Assembly: GCA_964493625.1 (NCBI GenBank)
Contig: CAZBOU010000008.1
Location: 3,561 to 67,560 of the forward strand
Source: an uncultured Caldisericota bacterium
Lineage (GTDB): Bacteria > Caldisericota > Caldisericia > UBA6126
Direction of reading: 5' to 3'
DNA: 64,000 nt
Positions 9,679 to 19,300 of this stretch are shown here, piece by piece (positions within the stretch are counted from its first letter, which is position 1; every line of letters begins with the position of its first letter). Below the pieces are notes generated by a model, which ran no database searches, was not told the DNA's origin, and saw nothing but the letters and a program-made list of their open reading frames with translations. Both the position numbers and the translations under genes were made by a program.

Positions 9679-10143
9679 ATGAAACCTACATGGAAAGCCA
9701 TAGATATCGTTGTCATTTTGATCGTCTGCATGTCCCTTTCTTTTCTCATCATGAAAGGTGTTCAGTCGGCTCAATACAAAGCATCTCTCGAGCCAGTGCG
9801 TATTGAAATTGTAGTTCCCAATCTAGATCCTGACGTAGCAGATCAAATTCAAATTGGTGATTATCTGGTAGATAAAAACGCAAAACCTGTTTTTCTGATT
9901 CAAGAAAAGATCCAAAAACAAGCACAGCATCCAGTTATCGATCCAGAAGGAAACATTCTTGTAGCAGATCATCCCTTAATGGTGAGTTTATTTTTATGGG
10001 TAGAATCTGTGGAACCCATGGAATATCAAAACGGAATCCAGTATAATTGGCAAGTGGTCAAGGTTGGTGGATCTTTGATATGGGAGACCACAACCGAACG
10101 ATTTGTTGGTTTGGTCAGGCAATTAAAATTTGAATCAAATTAG
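9679..10143 (+). CDS. hypothetical N-terminally membrane-anchored protein
   Basis: 154 aa with one N-terminal TM helix (IDIVVILIVCMSLSFLIM) and a GAGGAA RBS, 3 nt after hpf. I recognised no family. Confidence 0.6.
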   Translation: MKPTWKAIDIVVILIVCMSLSFLIMKGVQSAQYKASLEPVRIEIVVPNLDPDVADQIQIGDYLVDKNAKPVFLIQEKIQKQAQHPVIDPEGNILVADHPLMVSLFLWVESVEPMEYQNGIQYNWQVVKVGGSLIWETTTERFVGLVRQLKFESN

Positions 10144-10159
10144 CAGTTGTAAAAATGAA

Positions 10160-10193
10160 GTTGTTAATATAAAATTTTAACAACAATTTTTTT
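10160..10193 (+). terminator. rho-independent terminator after the hpf operon
   Basis: Stem GTTGTTAA (10160-10167) pairs with TTAACAAC (10177-10184) and is followed by a T-run at 10187-10193. Confidence 0.6.
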
Positions 10194-10219
10194 AGATTTG
10201 AGTATTTTTTTCGTATAAT
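10191..10219 (+). promoter_or_regulatory. candidate promoter at the left edge of the surface island
   Basis: TTTAGA (10191-10196), a 17-nt spacer, then TATAAT (10214-10219), about 30 nt upstream of ATG 10252. Confidence 0.3.
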
Positions 10220-10251
10220 AACGGTAGTTGTTGACTGAAAGAGGTGAGGCT

Positions 10252-11088
10252 ATGAAGAAATTTTCTGTTTTGCTTGTGCTATTATTGCTTGCTACACCTT
10301 TGCTCGCATACGGCTTAACGGTCGATCGTGACGAAGGCGGAATTCCATTGCAAACAGTATTTTATTCCCAAAAAGCCAAAGAAGCTACAGGTAAAACACC
10401 TGTTCGTTTAAAAGACATCCAAGAGATCCCTAGTGATTTCAGAATGCTTAATGAAGACAATCTTCCTCACAACGAGGATCCATTTTTCCCTGAACCAGAT
10501 GGTTTTAAAGGTACGGTAGTTGAAATTGATACTACTCGTAACATTATTAAGATTGCTGATGTTCGTTACTACAACAACTACAGAAATGCATATGATTTTG
10601 CTGAGTTCTATACCATTGTATTCAATGAAATGACCGGGTTCATTATTGATGGAGAACCTTTTCCTACTGCAAATCACTTGACTATTGGATCCCCCATAAC
10701 AGCTGTAGGTGAGCCAGATTATGAAAACCAAATTCTGAACAACACCGTTGTTGTATTTCAAGGGTCTATTTATCAGCAAGAAGAACAAAGAAAAAAAGTG
10801 ATGCCCTTTTCAGGTGTTATATTATCTATTGATCAAGAATCTCAAACTATGGTTGTCCACTGCTCAGAACTCGCCACAGAAATCACCGTTTCCATTATTG
10901 AAGGCACTTGCTTCCAACAATTTGAAATGAACAACGAGGGAGAAAGAGTACTTGTAATTCTTGACAATCCTTCTCATGGATTTCCCCCTGAAATAAAAGA
11001 ACACATTCAATGTGACTTTGTTGGTGAAATGCATTATCCTTCTTACGATACTATTGCACATAGTGTCATCATTACTGAGAACAACTGA
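10252..11088 (+). CDS. hypothetical secreted protein with two similar beta-barrel-like modules
   Basis: Signal peptide MKKFSVLLVLLLLATPLLAYG and a GAGGTGAGG RBS. There are two internal modules, FKGTVVEIDTTRNIIKI... and FSGVILSIDQESQTMVV.... I recognised no catalytic motif. Confidence 0.6.
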   Translation: MKKFSVLLVLLLLATPLLAYGLTVDRDEGGIPLQTVFYSQKAKEATGKTPVRLKDIQEIPSDFRMLNEDNLPHNEDPFFPEPDGFKGTVVEIDTTRNIIKIADVRYYNNYRNAYDFAEFYTIVFNEMTGFIIDGEPFPTANHLTIGSPITAVGEPDYENQILNNTVVVFQGSIYQQEEQRKKVMPFSGVILSIDQESQTMVVHCSELATEITVSIIEGTCFQQFEMNNEGERVLVILDNPSHGFPPEIKEHIQCDFVGEMHYPSYDTIAHSVIITENN

Positions 11089-11102
11089 TTGGAGGGCAAA
11101 GA

Positions 11103-14100
11103 ATGAAATTAACAAAAAAAGTATTTTCTTTGTTCATATGTCTGATACTCAGTTCAGCATTTTTTTCTTTTTCTTTTACAAACCGAGTACAGGCAACTAA
11201 TAAAATTAAATGGGATAATATTACTCCCAAATCACCTCCATTAACCATTACAGATGGTAGCGCTGACTACAATTCTGGATATAACTATGCTTGGGCTGGC
11301 TATCAACTCCATCTTATGACTTCCTTTGCTGATCTAGTAGAAACTAAACCAGATGGTTCAAAAGTTATTCACTACTTTCAGTTTATACCATCTTCTTCTT
11401 ATGGTGATGGCTATTATATGCAGTATGGGCGTACCTATTATTACCAAAAAGGTGCTGTGGTACACTGGGATTCCGAAACCGAAGTGTGGGAGAAGATTAA
11501 TCCTTCTTTTTTTGGTGATTACTGGGCGGCATACAGTGGTGGGTTCACTGTCGTAGAAAGTCCCTACATTGATGCTGATGGTAGTATCTGGAATGGACGT
11601 CTTTTATTGCATACAACTCGAGATTTTCACCAGACTTACTATTATTATGGTGCATATGATTCCGAAGGGCATCTATATGCAAGAACATATCGACCTGATT
11701 ATGTTGGGAGGTATTATCCTGGGAAAACATGCGTTTTACGATGGGATGGCGCAGATAACTGGACTGATATGTGGGACCAATCTGGCGATAACGGGCATGT
11801 TGTACCTGGTCCCAATAATGCCGGATCCTATCAAGATGCCAAAGGTACCTCCAGCGGGAAAACTTACATTACATACTACGATGGTAGCGTTTATATAGCT
11901 GCCTTTAAAGATCGGTATTGCCACACCTATAACGATCCATCCTGTTCCTATTACTACAGCTCTCCTTACTGGGATTTAAAAATCTATCAGTATACTGGAT
12001 CACTCGATGCTTTATTAAATAGCCCTGCACCTCCTCAAGCTTGGACAGAAGTTTGGTCATATCCCTATGGTAGTCGTAGTTATTCCTACGGACCACCCTC
12101 TATCTACGAATTTAAAGTTCTTAACGATCGCTTTTTCTTGTCTACTTCCACTGAGAAATATAATGACTATGCCTATCAATCTATGAGCAACGGTGGGTAT
12201 TATTATGTTTCCCAAGACAATACCCCCTCCACGTTAACTCGAGGCACATTAAAAACACCTCCTCCTGCGAGAATTGGCACCATTGGCGATCTTCCCCTTA
12301 CGGGTGGTTGGGAATTTCCTCTTGAGTATAATGGGACCACCTACACTGCTGTTTTTACTTCATCTACCCCTTTTTACTATTGCTATAGTTATTCACCTAC
12401 CCAAAGTTATGCTTACAATGGGTCATATTATAATTTTTATGTAAATGCATCTTCTTACGACCCTAACCATACATATCGTGTTAATAAGCGTGCATATTCC
12501 AATTCAACTTGCAAGTTTAAAGGTACCATATCCGGAAGCAGAATTTATTTGTCCGCAATCGCATATTTAAACAACACCAACTACGATATTGAATCAATTA
12601 TTCCTGCCAATTATGGGAGTTCTACACGAACACAGCTTAATGATGCCAATTTTGGAACTTGTGGAGAAATACCTATTACAGGGGGTTACTCTTTCCCCAT
12701 CACATATGGAGGTACTACGTATACAGCTCAGTGGAATACTTCAACAAAATTCTTTTATTGTTATGGTTACAACAATACTCGTACCTATGCATATGAAAAT
12801 ACTTTTTACAGAACCTATGTGTTCAACAGAAACCTTTCTTCATACGACCCAAATTATACCTATATGAATTATCGGCGAGGTTTAACCAATCAAACGATTG
12901 CTTGGAAAGGGACCATATCCGGTACTACAATTAATTTAACTCATGTTGGTTGGCCCCGGAACACAAAATATTGTGACGATGTAACACTGCAGCGAATGGA
13001 AGTTCCATTTGAAGTAGGTTCTCCTCCCTCAACTTTTGAGTTTTTTAAAGGGTATGTTTATTCAGGATTCTATAACAATTCGAGTTTAGTTAGAACGAAT
13101 GACTTTTCTTTTGCTAATTTATCGAATATGAATACATGGAATGATTGCGGAACCATCAATGACCCAGGTGCTTCTCCGTCTAGGCCTATGACGGGCGCCA
13201 TACTAGCACTGCAAAAAACGACCGGAAAAGACGAATATGGGGATACGGTAGACACAAAAATGTTTATCGCAAGTAGTTATATGCATGGAGGCGAAAGCCC
13301 ATATGCCTATCAATACTACGGTACCGTTCCACTATATTCTACGGAAGGGGAAGATGTTGGAGGAGATCCAGACACGGTACCTTTAAAATTTACTCTCGAA
13401 GAAGATGAATGGAGAGAAGATAAGAGTTTCCCATCACCTAATTTTCAAAATTCTATCTATGGTGTATATGATTTGTATGACTCTAGTATGGGTTTAATTG
13501 CTCAATTTAGTATTTATAAACTCCCCAACCAACGTTATTATTACCATAGAGACTCAGAACACCATTTTAGAAAATTTATGGTTTATAATGCACCCCCTTC
13601 TTGTGACATTACCCAAGATCCAGACCCATATGTTAATGAACGGGGTACATTTACTTCAGGGGTTATTACCTTTGTACCTACAGGAGGTTTTGGAGCTGGC
13701 GATGTGAAGATATGGATGGACCTTCCGGAGAATATTTATGTACCTAATCAGGATAGCGGGGGAAGTCCTATCAATCAGCAATTTTTAAGCCCTCGGATTC
13801 CGATGGATGGTCTTGCATTAAGTATACCGTTAACCATAAAATCAACCGGTTCAGCTGTTGCTGATATGTACACCTCTGATCCTCAATGTGCTATTCATAT
13901 ACTAGACTTTACTACCGGAATTGAAGTCGTTGAATATTTCCATCTTAATGTAATTCCACCTAAACCAGGTTTTAGTGTTGATGCTAGTCCAACGACGTTT
14001 ACCTTATTCCAAGGAGAGTGTCCGTCTACAGAATGTTGTGAAGATCATTGCAAGCAAATTGATTTAGACTTGTTCGCTAGAAACGGTTTTGAAGACAATG

Positions 14101-15284
14101 TACTTATCGGAACCTATTGGACTGATCCTCCTGCGAATCATCCAGAGGGAGCTTCTGTTGAATGGGTTCGTAACACTTTCGTATACGATGTGTATGATAC
14201 TGTTGGTACTAGTTTTTCGTCTTTAGCTGAAGTGCGTGTGCGACCTGATATGGGAACGCGTTATTCAATAAAAGTTCGTGTTTCACCAGATACATTACCC
14301 GGGGTATATAAGTTTTGCATCATGTTTTTATCCGGTAGCATTAAACGACAAGTTTTTTGTACTATGAAAGTTCTTCCGCCAAGGCCGGCGATTGATGTAA
14401 ATCCAGCAGATGGTATTGGAAACTTTTCTATGCAGGTTTATACAAAAGAAGTAATTCCAGGCGGATCTGTAAACTACCGTCTGAAAATTGAAAGCAAAGC
14501 TGGTTTTTCGGGAAAAGTGACACTTTCTTTACGAAATCTACCTGATCAAGTTTACATTGATAATTATTCAGGATATGAGGGTATTGAGGCAGAAGTTCCA
14601 GTTCCTGGCTATAATTTAAATATTGTAGAGATCTCACCTACCTTAGATGCTTTTGCAAATGTTCGACTCCAGACTACTCCCTATACCATCAATCCTTATC
14701 CTCCCACAAACCTTGCCGTAAACTCAGTGAACCAAAACTTGAATATTATTTCTTGGGATGCTTCTCGAAGAGGTTCAAGACCTATAGGTGGATACGAAGT
14801 GTGGAGATCTCTCACTCGGTATATTGATGCTGCTAATCGCATTGCCATCGTCAATTCACCCAACACTTCCTATGAAGATGCCGATGTGGAGCCCAACACT
14901 CCGTACTACTATTTTGTACGTGCTTTCGACAACGATACTCCCGCTAATTTCTCTACGTATGCAACCTCAGGTAGAGTTGGCGAAGCTGCTTCTGTAACCA
15001 TTGTTGATGACGAACTGGATCAGGTTATGGCAACCGCCGATAAAATGGGTACTATTCCAGGCTTTTATACCTTACAAGTCATCGGTAATGGGGTAGGGGT
15101 TGGTCCTGGAAATGTCCCCACCAATCCATCCGCCGTTACCTATCTTGGCTTGCATGTATATAGGCAAGATCTCAACTTGAAAACGCCATTTTTGGATGTT
15201 TGGGGAGCCCTGGCTCTGTTATTCGGAATGATGCTTGTTGCATGGCAGTTTGTATTCCGTAAAAAAGAAGAACAAACGTTCTAA
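11103..15284 (+). CDS. 1393-aa Tyr-rich secreted surface protein with Fn3 domain and C-terminal sorting-type signal
   Basis: Signal peptide MKLTKKVFSLFICLILSSAFFSFS. Blade-like W-containing segments and YYY/YYYY runs suggest a propeller. It also has a roughly 115-120-aa tandem repeat, beta-sandwich modules and an Fn3 (14700-14955: PPTNLAVNSV...YEVWRS...YYYFVRAFD). The extreme C-terminus is TPFLDVW-GALALLFGMMLVAWQFVF-RKKEEQTF. Confidence 0.85.
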   Translation: MKLTKKVFSLFICLILSSAFFSFSFTNRVQATNKIKWDNITPKSPPLTITDGSADYNSGYNYAWAGYQLHLMTSFADLVETKPDGSKVIHYFQFIPSSSYGDGYYMQYGRTYYYQKGAVVHWDSETEVWEKINPSFFGDYWAAYSGGFTVVESPYIDADGSIWNGRLLLHTTRDFHQTYYYYGAYDSEGHLYARTYRPDYVGRYYPGKTCVLRWDGADNWTDMWDQSGDNGHVVPGPNNAGSYQDAKGTSSGKTYITYYDGSVYIAAFKDRYCHTYNDPSCSYYYSSPYWDLKIYQYTGSLDALLNSPAPPQAWTEVWSYPYGSRSYSYGPPSIYEFKVLNDRFFLSTSTEKYNDYAYQSMSNGGYYYVSQDNTPSTLTRGTLKTPPPARIGTIGDLPLTGGWEFPLEYNGTTYTAVFTSSTPFYYCYSYSPTQSYAYNGSYYNFYVNASSYDPNHTYRVNKRAYSNSTCKFKGTISGSRIYLSAIAYLNNTNYDIESIIPANYGSSTRTQLNDANFGTCGEIPITGGYSFPITYGGTTYTAQWNTSTKFFYCYGYNNTRTYAYENTFYRTYVFNRNLSSYDPNYTYMNYRRGLTNQTIAWKGTISGTTINLTHVGWPRNTKYCDDVTLQRMEVPFEVGSPPSTFEFFKGYVYSGFYNNSSLVRTNDFSFANLSNMNTWNDCGTINDPGASPSRPMTGAILALQKTTGKDEYGDTVDTKMFIASSYMHGGESPYAYQYYGTVPLYSTEGEDVGGDPDTVPLKFTLEEDEWREDKSFPSPNFQNSIYGVYDLYDSSMGLIAQFSIYKLPNQRYYYHRDSEHHFRKFMVYNAPPSCDITQDPDPYVNERGTFTSGVITFVPTGGFGAGDVKIWMDLPENIYVPNQDSGGSPINQQFLSPRIPMDGLALSIPLTIKSTGSAVADMYTSDPQCAIHILDFTTGIEVVEYFHLNVIPPKPGFSVDASPTTFTLFQGECPSTECCEDHCKQIDLDLFARNGFEDNVLIGTYWTDPPANHPEGASVEWVRNTFVYDVYDTVGTSFSSLAEVRVRPDMGTRYSIKVRVSPDTLPGVYKFCIMFLSGSIKRQVFCTMKVLPPRPAIDVNPADGIGNFSMQVYTKEVIPGGSVNYRLKIESKAGFSGKVTLSLRNLPDQVYIDNYSGYEGIEAEVPVPGYNLNIVEISPTLDAFANVRLQTTPYTINPYPPTNLAVNSVNQNLNIISWDASRRGSRPIGGYEVWRSLTRYIDAANRIAIVNSPNTSYEDADVEPNTPYYYFVRAFDNDTPANFSTYATSGRVGEAASVTIVDDELDQVMATADKMGTIPGFYTLQVIGNGVGVGPGNVPTNPSAVTYLGLHVYRQDLNLKTPFLDVWGALALLFGMMLVAWQFVFRKKEEQTF
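12276..12960 (+). repeat. protein-level tandem duplication inside the Tyr-rich protein
   Basis: R1 is GTIGDLPLTGGWEFPLEYNGTTYTAVFTSSTPFYYCYSYSPTQSYAYNGSYYNFYV..SSYDPNHTY...KGTISGSRIYL. R2 is GTCGEIPITGGYSFPITYGGTTYTAQWNTSTKFFYCYGYNNTRTYAYENTFYRTYV..SSYDPNYTY...KGTISGTTINL. The DNA copies have clearly diverged. Confidence 0.7.
15183..15281 (+). other. putative C-terminal protein-sorting signal (motif + TM helix + basic cluster)
   Basis: The last 33 codons encode TPFLDVWGALALLFGMMLVAWQFVFRKKEEQTF. The layout is tripartite like PEP-CTERM/PGF-CTERM/LPXTG signals but carries none of the named motifs. Confidence 0.55.
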
Positions 15285-15304
15285 TCAAGAACGAAAAATA
15301 AAAA

Positions 15305-15335
15305 AGAGGTCACCAAGCGTGGCCTCTTTTTTTTT
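15305..15335 (+). terminator. rho-independent terminator/attenuator between the substrate gene and the sortase-like gene
   Basis: AGAGGTCAC (15305-15313) pairs with GTGGCCTCT (15319-15327) with one G-U pair and a 5-nt loop. The T-run extends to 15335. The next ATG is at 15343. Confidence 0.65.
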
Positions 15336-15342
15336 AGACAAC

Positions 15343-15837
15343 ATGAAATCAAAAAAAGCACTTAAATACATTCTTATTTTTATCGGTTCTGCCTTACTAC
15401 TTCAATGGGTGCTACATCTGCCCTTTATTGTAGAGCCGTTCATGTATGTTACTACGAAATGTACTCTTCACCTTCTTCAACTTTTCGGATATTCTGTTAC
15501 CATGAATTATTTCCATATTATTGGTGCAATAGATATGGAAATCATCTATGAATGCACTGGAGTATACGGAATTATTATTCTAACGTCTGGGTTTTTGGCA
15601 TCGTGGCATCCATGGGAAGAAAAACTTTTGGCCATTGCATGGGGAATCGGTGTTGTTTTTGTTACCAACCAACTGCGTCTTTTGAGTATCTTTATCATTT
15701 CTTCTCAATGGCCTGAAGCATTTGAGTTTCTCCACTCGTATTTTTGGCAGTTTTTTCTCATATTCATTGTGTGTTTAGTCTATTATTTATGGATGCAAAA
15801 GATGGATGCGAAGTATACCGCCCTTCATGAAAAATAA
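15343..15837 (+). CDS. minimal exosortase/archaeosortase-family protein (putative transpeptidase)
   Basis: 164-aa polytopic membrane protein. It has an ordered Cys motif (MEIIYECTGVYGIIIL), Arg motif (VTNQLRLLSIFI) and His (EFLHSYFWQFF), as in the exosortase/archaeosortase family. The track's 15235 start overlaps the upstream gene and crosses the terminator, so I used ATG 15343. Confidence 0.65.
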   Translation: MKSKKALKYILIFIGSALLLQWVLHLPFIVEPFMYVTTKCTLHLLQLFGYSVTMNYFHIIGAIDMEIIYECTGVYGIIILTSGFLASWHPWEEKLLAIAWGIGVVFVTNQLRLLSIFIISSQWPEAFEFLHSYFWQFFLIFIVCLVYYLWMQKMDAKYTALHEK

Positions 15838-16315
15838 AAAATCTACATCCATTCTTGTATTTGTTTTGATTTTTAGTGTATCTTTAACTGTTGCCTATTT
15901 TTTATGGTATCCAGTATCTTTTTATTACGCTTGGTTCCGTCTAAAATCTGCGTATATTCTTTTGAACCTCTTTGGAATCTACCCAACTTTCAGCATTAGC
16001 GGTATCCAAAGTAGTCAAGGAGAGATGTTTGCGTTTCTTCCCTATATCGCTCTTATGCTGGCTACCTATAAAAAAAAGATATGCACGCACATAAAAGAGA
16101 TCGGGATTACATTTGTAGCGATCGTACTAATAGAAATAATAGGACGATTTTTAGAAAAATACGCCGGCATGTATCCAAAGAATTCCTTCCTATCAATGCT
16201 GGCTATCTTTTTTCTTGGAACAGCAAGAGTTGCTTTGCCATTTTTATCATGGTTGATTTCTTTATACAGAGAGAAAAAGCCCTTTTCACACTTATTTTCT
16301 TCTGAACCAGAATAG
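15827..16315 (+). CDS. polytopic membrane protein, apparent Cys-less paralog of the sortase-like protein
   Basis: 162 aa beginning MKNKKSTS (compare MKSKKALK). LLNLFGIYPTFS parallels LLQLFGYSVTMN, and the segment aligned to YECTG reads FAFLPY. The start overlaps the upstream stop by 11 nt in an A-rich stretch. Confidence 0.5.
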   Translation: MKNKKSTSILVFVLIFSVSLTVAYFLWYPVSFYYAWFRLKSAYILLNLFGIYPTFSISGIQSSQGEMFAFLPYIALMLATYKKKICTHIKEIGITFVAIVLIEIIGRFLEKYAGMYPKNSFLSMLAIFFLGTARVALPFLSWLISLYREKKPFSHLFSSEPE

Positions 16316-16374
16316 GGCTATTTCGGTATTTCTTTTAGTTAGAAGAACTCCTGATTTGTCGAAAGGTGGCAAAA

Positions 16375-19300
16375 ATGAAAAAATTACTACATATACTTTG
16401 TGCAATTTTCGTTTCTTTCACGATGTTTCATGTGGGGTTGATGCAATCACCAACCACGCAAGCAAATACAAACGTAAAGGATGCAATTTTTGCGGCCTTA
16501 CAATGGGTCCCTGTTGGGACTAGTCGTGATGGCACACAATTGCGCAATAGTGCATTGTTTCCATGGCAAAGAGGAAGTGAAGATTTATGGGGAAATCGTC
16601 AGTATCTAATGCCCTCTGCAGGAGCACCTAGGCCTGCCACCTCGGCAACAAAGTCAACCCCAGTGTACTATACAGAAATCTATTTTGATGTGATTGCTGC
16701 TGGTGGAAGATCCACAGAAGCAAATCATTACTATGTTGTCATGGATGATTCTCAACAGATATGGTTGGATCAAGATGGACGGTTTCAAGATGCTAGACAA
16801 AGTGATCAACCTACAACCAACTGCAGAACTTCTTCCGGTAGAGTTGACCCCAGCTCTGCAAACAACACACTTGGACCGTATCGCGTTGGAGATTATCTTC
16901 ATATAGAAAACAATAAAGGGTATTTATTTACTCCTTCGGGAGCCATAGAACCTATTGAATATAGCAACACAGATTATTCGGGAAGAGTTTTTCAAATTGG
17001 TCAAGCTCTTTTGGGTAACGAAGAAAACCACCCTGTTTTGTTGGTGTCGGAAGTGTTGCAAGCTTCTTGCGATACCTATACGTATAATATCTCTGTGGAA
17101 AGTGACCTTTGGATGGGGACAAATCCAGCTGTGACATCGGCACGATTGTTTTCTCATAGTGGCGATGTACCAGAAGTAGCTCAATTGATTCAAAAAAGCA
17201 CTGTTCTTGATCCATCTGGCAGGGAATTTTTCGCTCCTGCAACAACATTTCATAATATTCGATTGAAATACCGTGAATACATTGGCGTTGAAATCTGGAA
17301 GGATAACGGCGTAAATGTGAATGTATTTGGCGGAAATACTCGCTCCAATAATTTATCCGACGACTACAAGGCAGGGGAAACGTGCGAAGAATTTCTTGGC
17401 ATGAAGCAAGGTTCTTCCGATACAGATGCCTATTTACCGCTACTCCCTATTCCAGTAACCGATCGTTTTTATTCTTCTACTAGCTCTAGTCGCTATGGCT
17501 GCCAAGGTCCAATATATCGTGATTTTGATGATTCCCGAACGGTTAGCCCAGGGGATTTACGAATCACTTCGATCCATGTGAATATGGGCGAAACATTGAT
17601 TGATTATGCTGCAGGTACCACTGTAGCTGAAGGGGATTCAGATGTTGGATTTCCTCTACAAGACTTCATTGTAGAAGATTATTATGATCAGAATGAGAAT
17701 GGGGAATTTGATTCTCAAGACTTTATCTATAGAGATGTCGATGGTAATGATAGAGTTTCGAGTGGAGATATACGTGTAACACAAGTGTCGTATCGAGGAA
17801 CAACATACGACTGCGGTAGTACCGTACAAATAGGAGATGTTTGGTTGTTTGAAAACCCTGTAACAGGGATTACGATGGGGAAAAATGGCAACTTCCGTAG
17901 CATGGACATGGAAGTTATTCCCGGAGAAATCGACTTAAATGTCCGTGTAACACCTGCTTTTCGAGTGGAACAAACGTCTACTGTGACGGTAGCCATTCAA
18001 CCGCCACTAGAAGCAAATGAAAAAGCCGTTATTTTGATTCGATCTGTTGACGGGGGAGACTCAATTCGAGAGGTAAATGCAGGAGTCCGAGAGTATACTT
18101 TTACCTATACCCCCTGGGAAGGGACTTGTAGCCCTTTAGGGAAGCAAGTGCCAATTACTATCGAGTTATACCGCGGTCAAAATTTTACAGATGTGAATCA
18201 GGGACCAAAGGATGGGAATTACGGCTATTGGAAGGTAGACACTCCAAGGGCTGTGCAGTTCCTTGAAAACAAGTATGATTGCCGCATGTTTGATTCAATA
18301 TCGGTGCTTCCAGAATTAATAGAATTTCGCACGAACATTTCTTGTTTAAGCAATATCTCTTTTCGATATCCGAACTTAGTTTTAAAAATGTTTGATGCCG
18401 ATAACAAATCTGACGTGAATGATCCGAATGGAATGGCTATTTCCTCCACAGCGAGTCGAAACATTCTTGCAAATTACAATGCTACAGGATCGGGTATTCG
18501 ATATATGTTTACAGCTATTGATGGCATGAGTAATAAGTACATTGTTCAGGTGAATAGTGACAATACCTATTTGTTGTGGAAGTGGATAGACAATCCCTCG
18601 CCTACACCTGGAAAAGGGTATTACGGTGCTTTGGACTTTGAAGATGAAGTGTCAGGACCTTACGATTCTGCCAATGGACAAGCTCTTTATGGAGGTTCTT
18701 TAGAAGATGTCGACTGTTCAGAAGATAAAATTGAATGTAGAACTTGTGAGTTATCAGGACTTCCTCCTCTAGGAAAAATCACCAAAGGAGATACTTTCGG
18801 TATCTTTGACGGTACTTTAGGGGAAGTTTTAAATGACGGAGTCTGGGCTTTTGTCACTCCATACGGGAAAGGCTTGATAGGCAACGATGGTGGAGAATTT
18901 CCTGTGTGCTTATGGCCTCGAGAAAACAACAATGACGTGTCTGTTCGTGTATTCACAACGCATGCAATGTACGATTACAATTCGACCATTTCTCATCCTC
19001 CTTACTTTGTAACAGGAGGAGGAGATGGAATTGACTATTGCGGGATTGCTTTGCTAGGATGGAAGAGTTCTGACCCCAATCCACCCCCTGATCCAGATCC
19101 TCCAAGTCCTAAGCCACCAGATGATGGAGGTAGAAATGATGGCATTGCATTTTCTGAATTCGTCGCCATTGATCATTCATTGCAGTATTCTGAATTTCGT
19201 TATTCTTCTTCTATTCAACCCGATTACGATCCTGTACTGCAGCATATGATCCGAGATTTTCGATCCTATCCTGGTGGGCAAACCCACATGGGCCGATCTG

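Noticed and set aside
12276-12960. Diversity-generating retroelement (template/variable repeat) explanation for the tandem repeat
   Set aside because: The two DNA copies differ at many positions of all base types, not specifically at adenines. Both are in frame within one gene, and no reverse transcriptase is present in the window.
15235-15342. Upstream extension of the sortase-like ORF (track start 15235)
   Set aside because: The extension overlaps the last 50 nt of the 1393-aa gene and reads straight through the terminator hairpin. Its translation (KKKNKRSNQERKIKKR...) comes from the A-rich terminator flank. ATG 15343 begins a normal signal-anchor.
15827-15837. Programmed frameshift fusing the two sortase-like ORFs at the A-rich overlap
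   Set aside because: It is conceivable from the sequence (GAAAAATAAAAAATC), but the second ORF has its own ATG and an N-terminus that mirrors the first protein's. Two separate proteins is the simpler reading. I kept it only as a side note in the findings.
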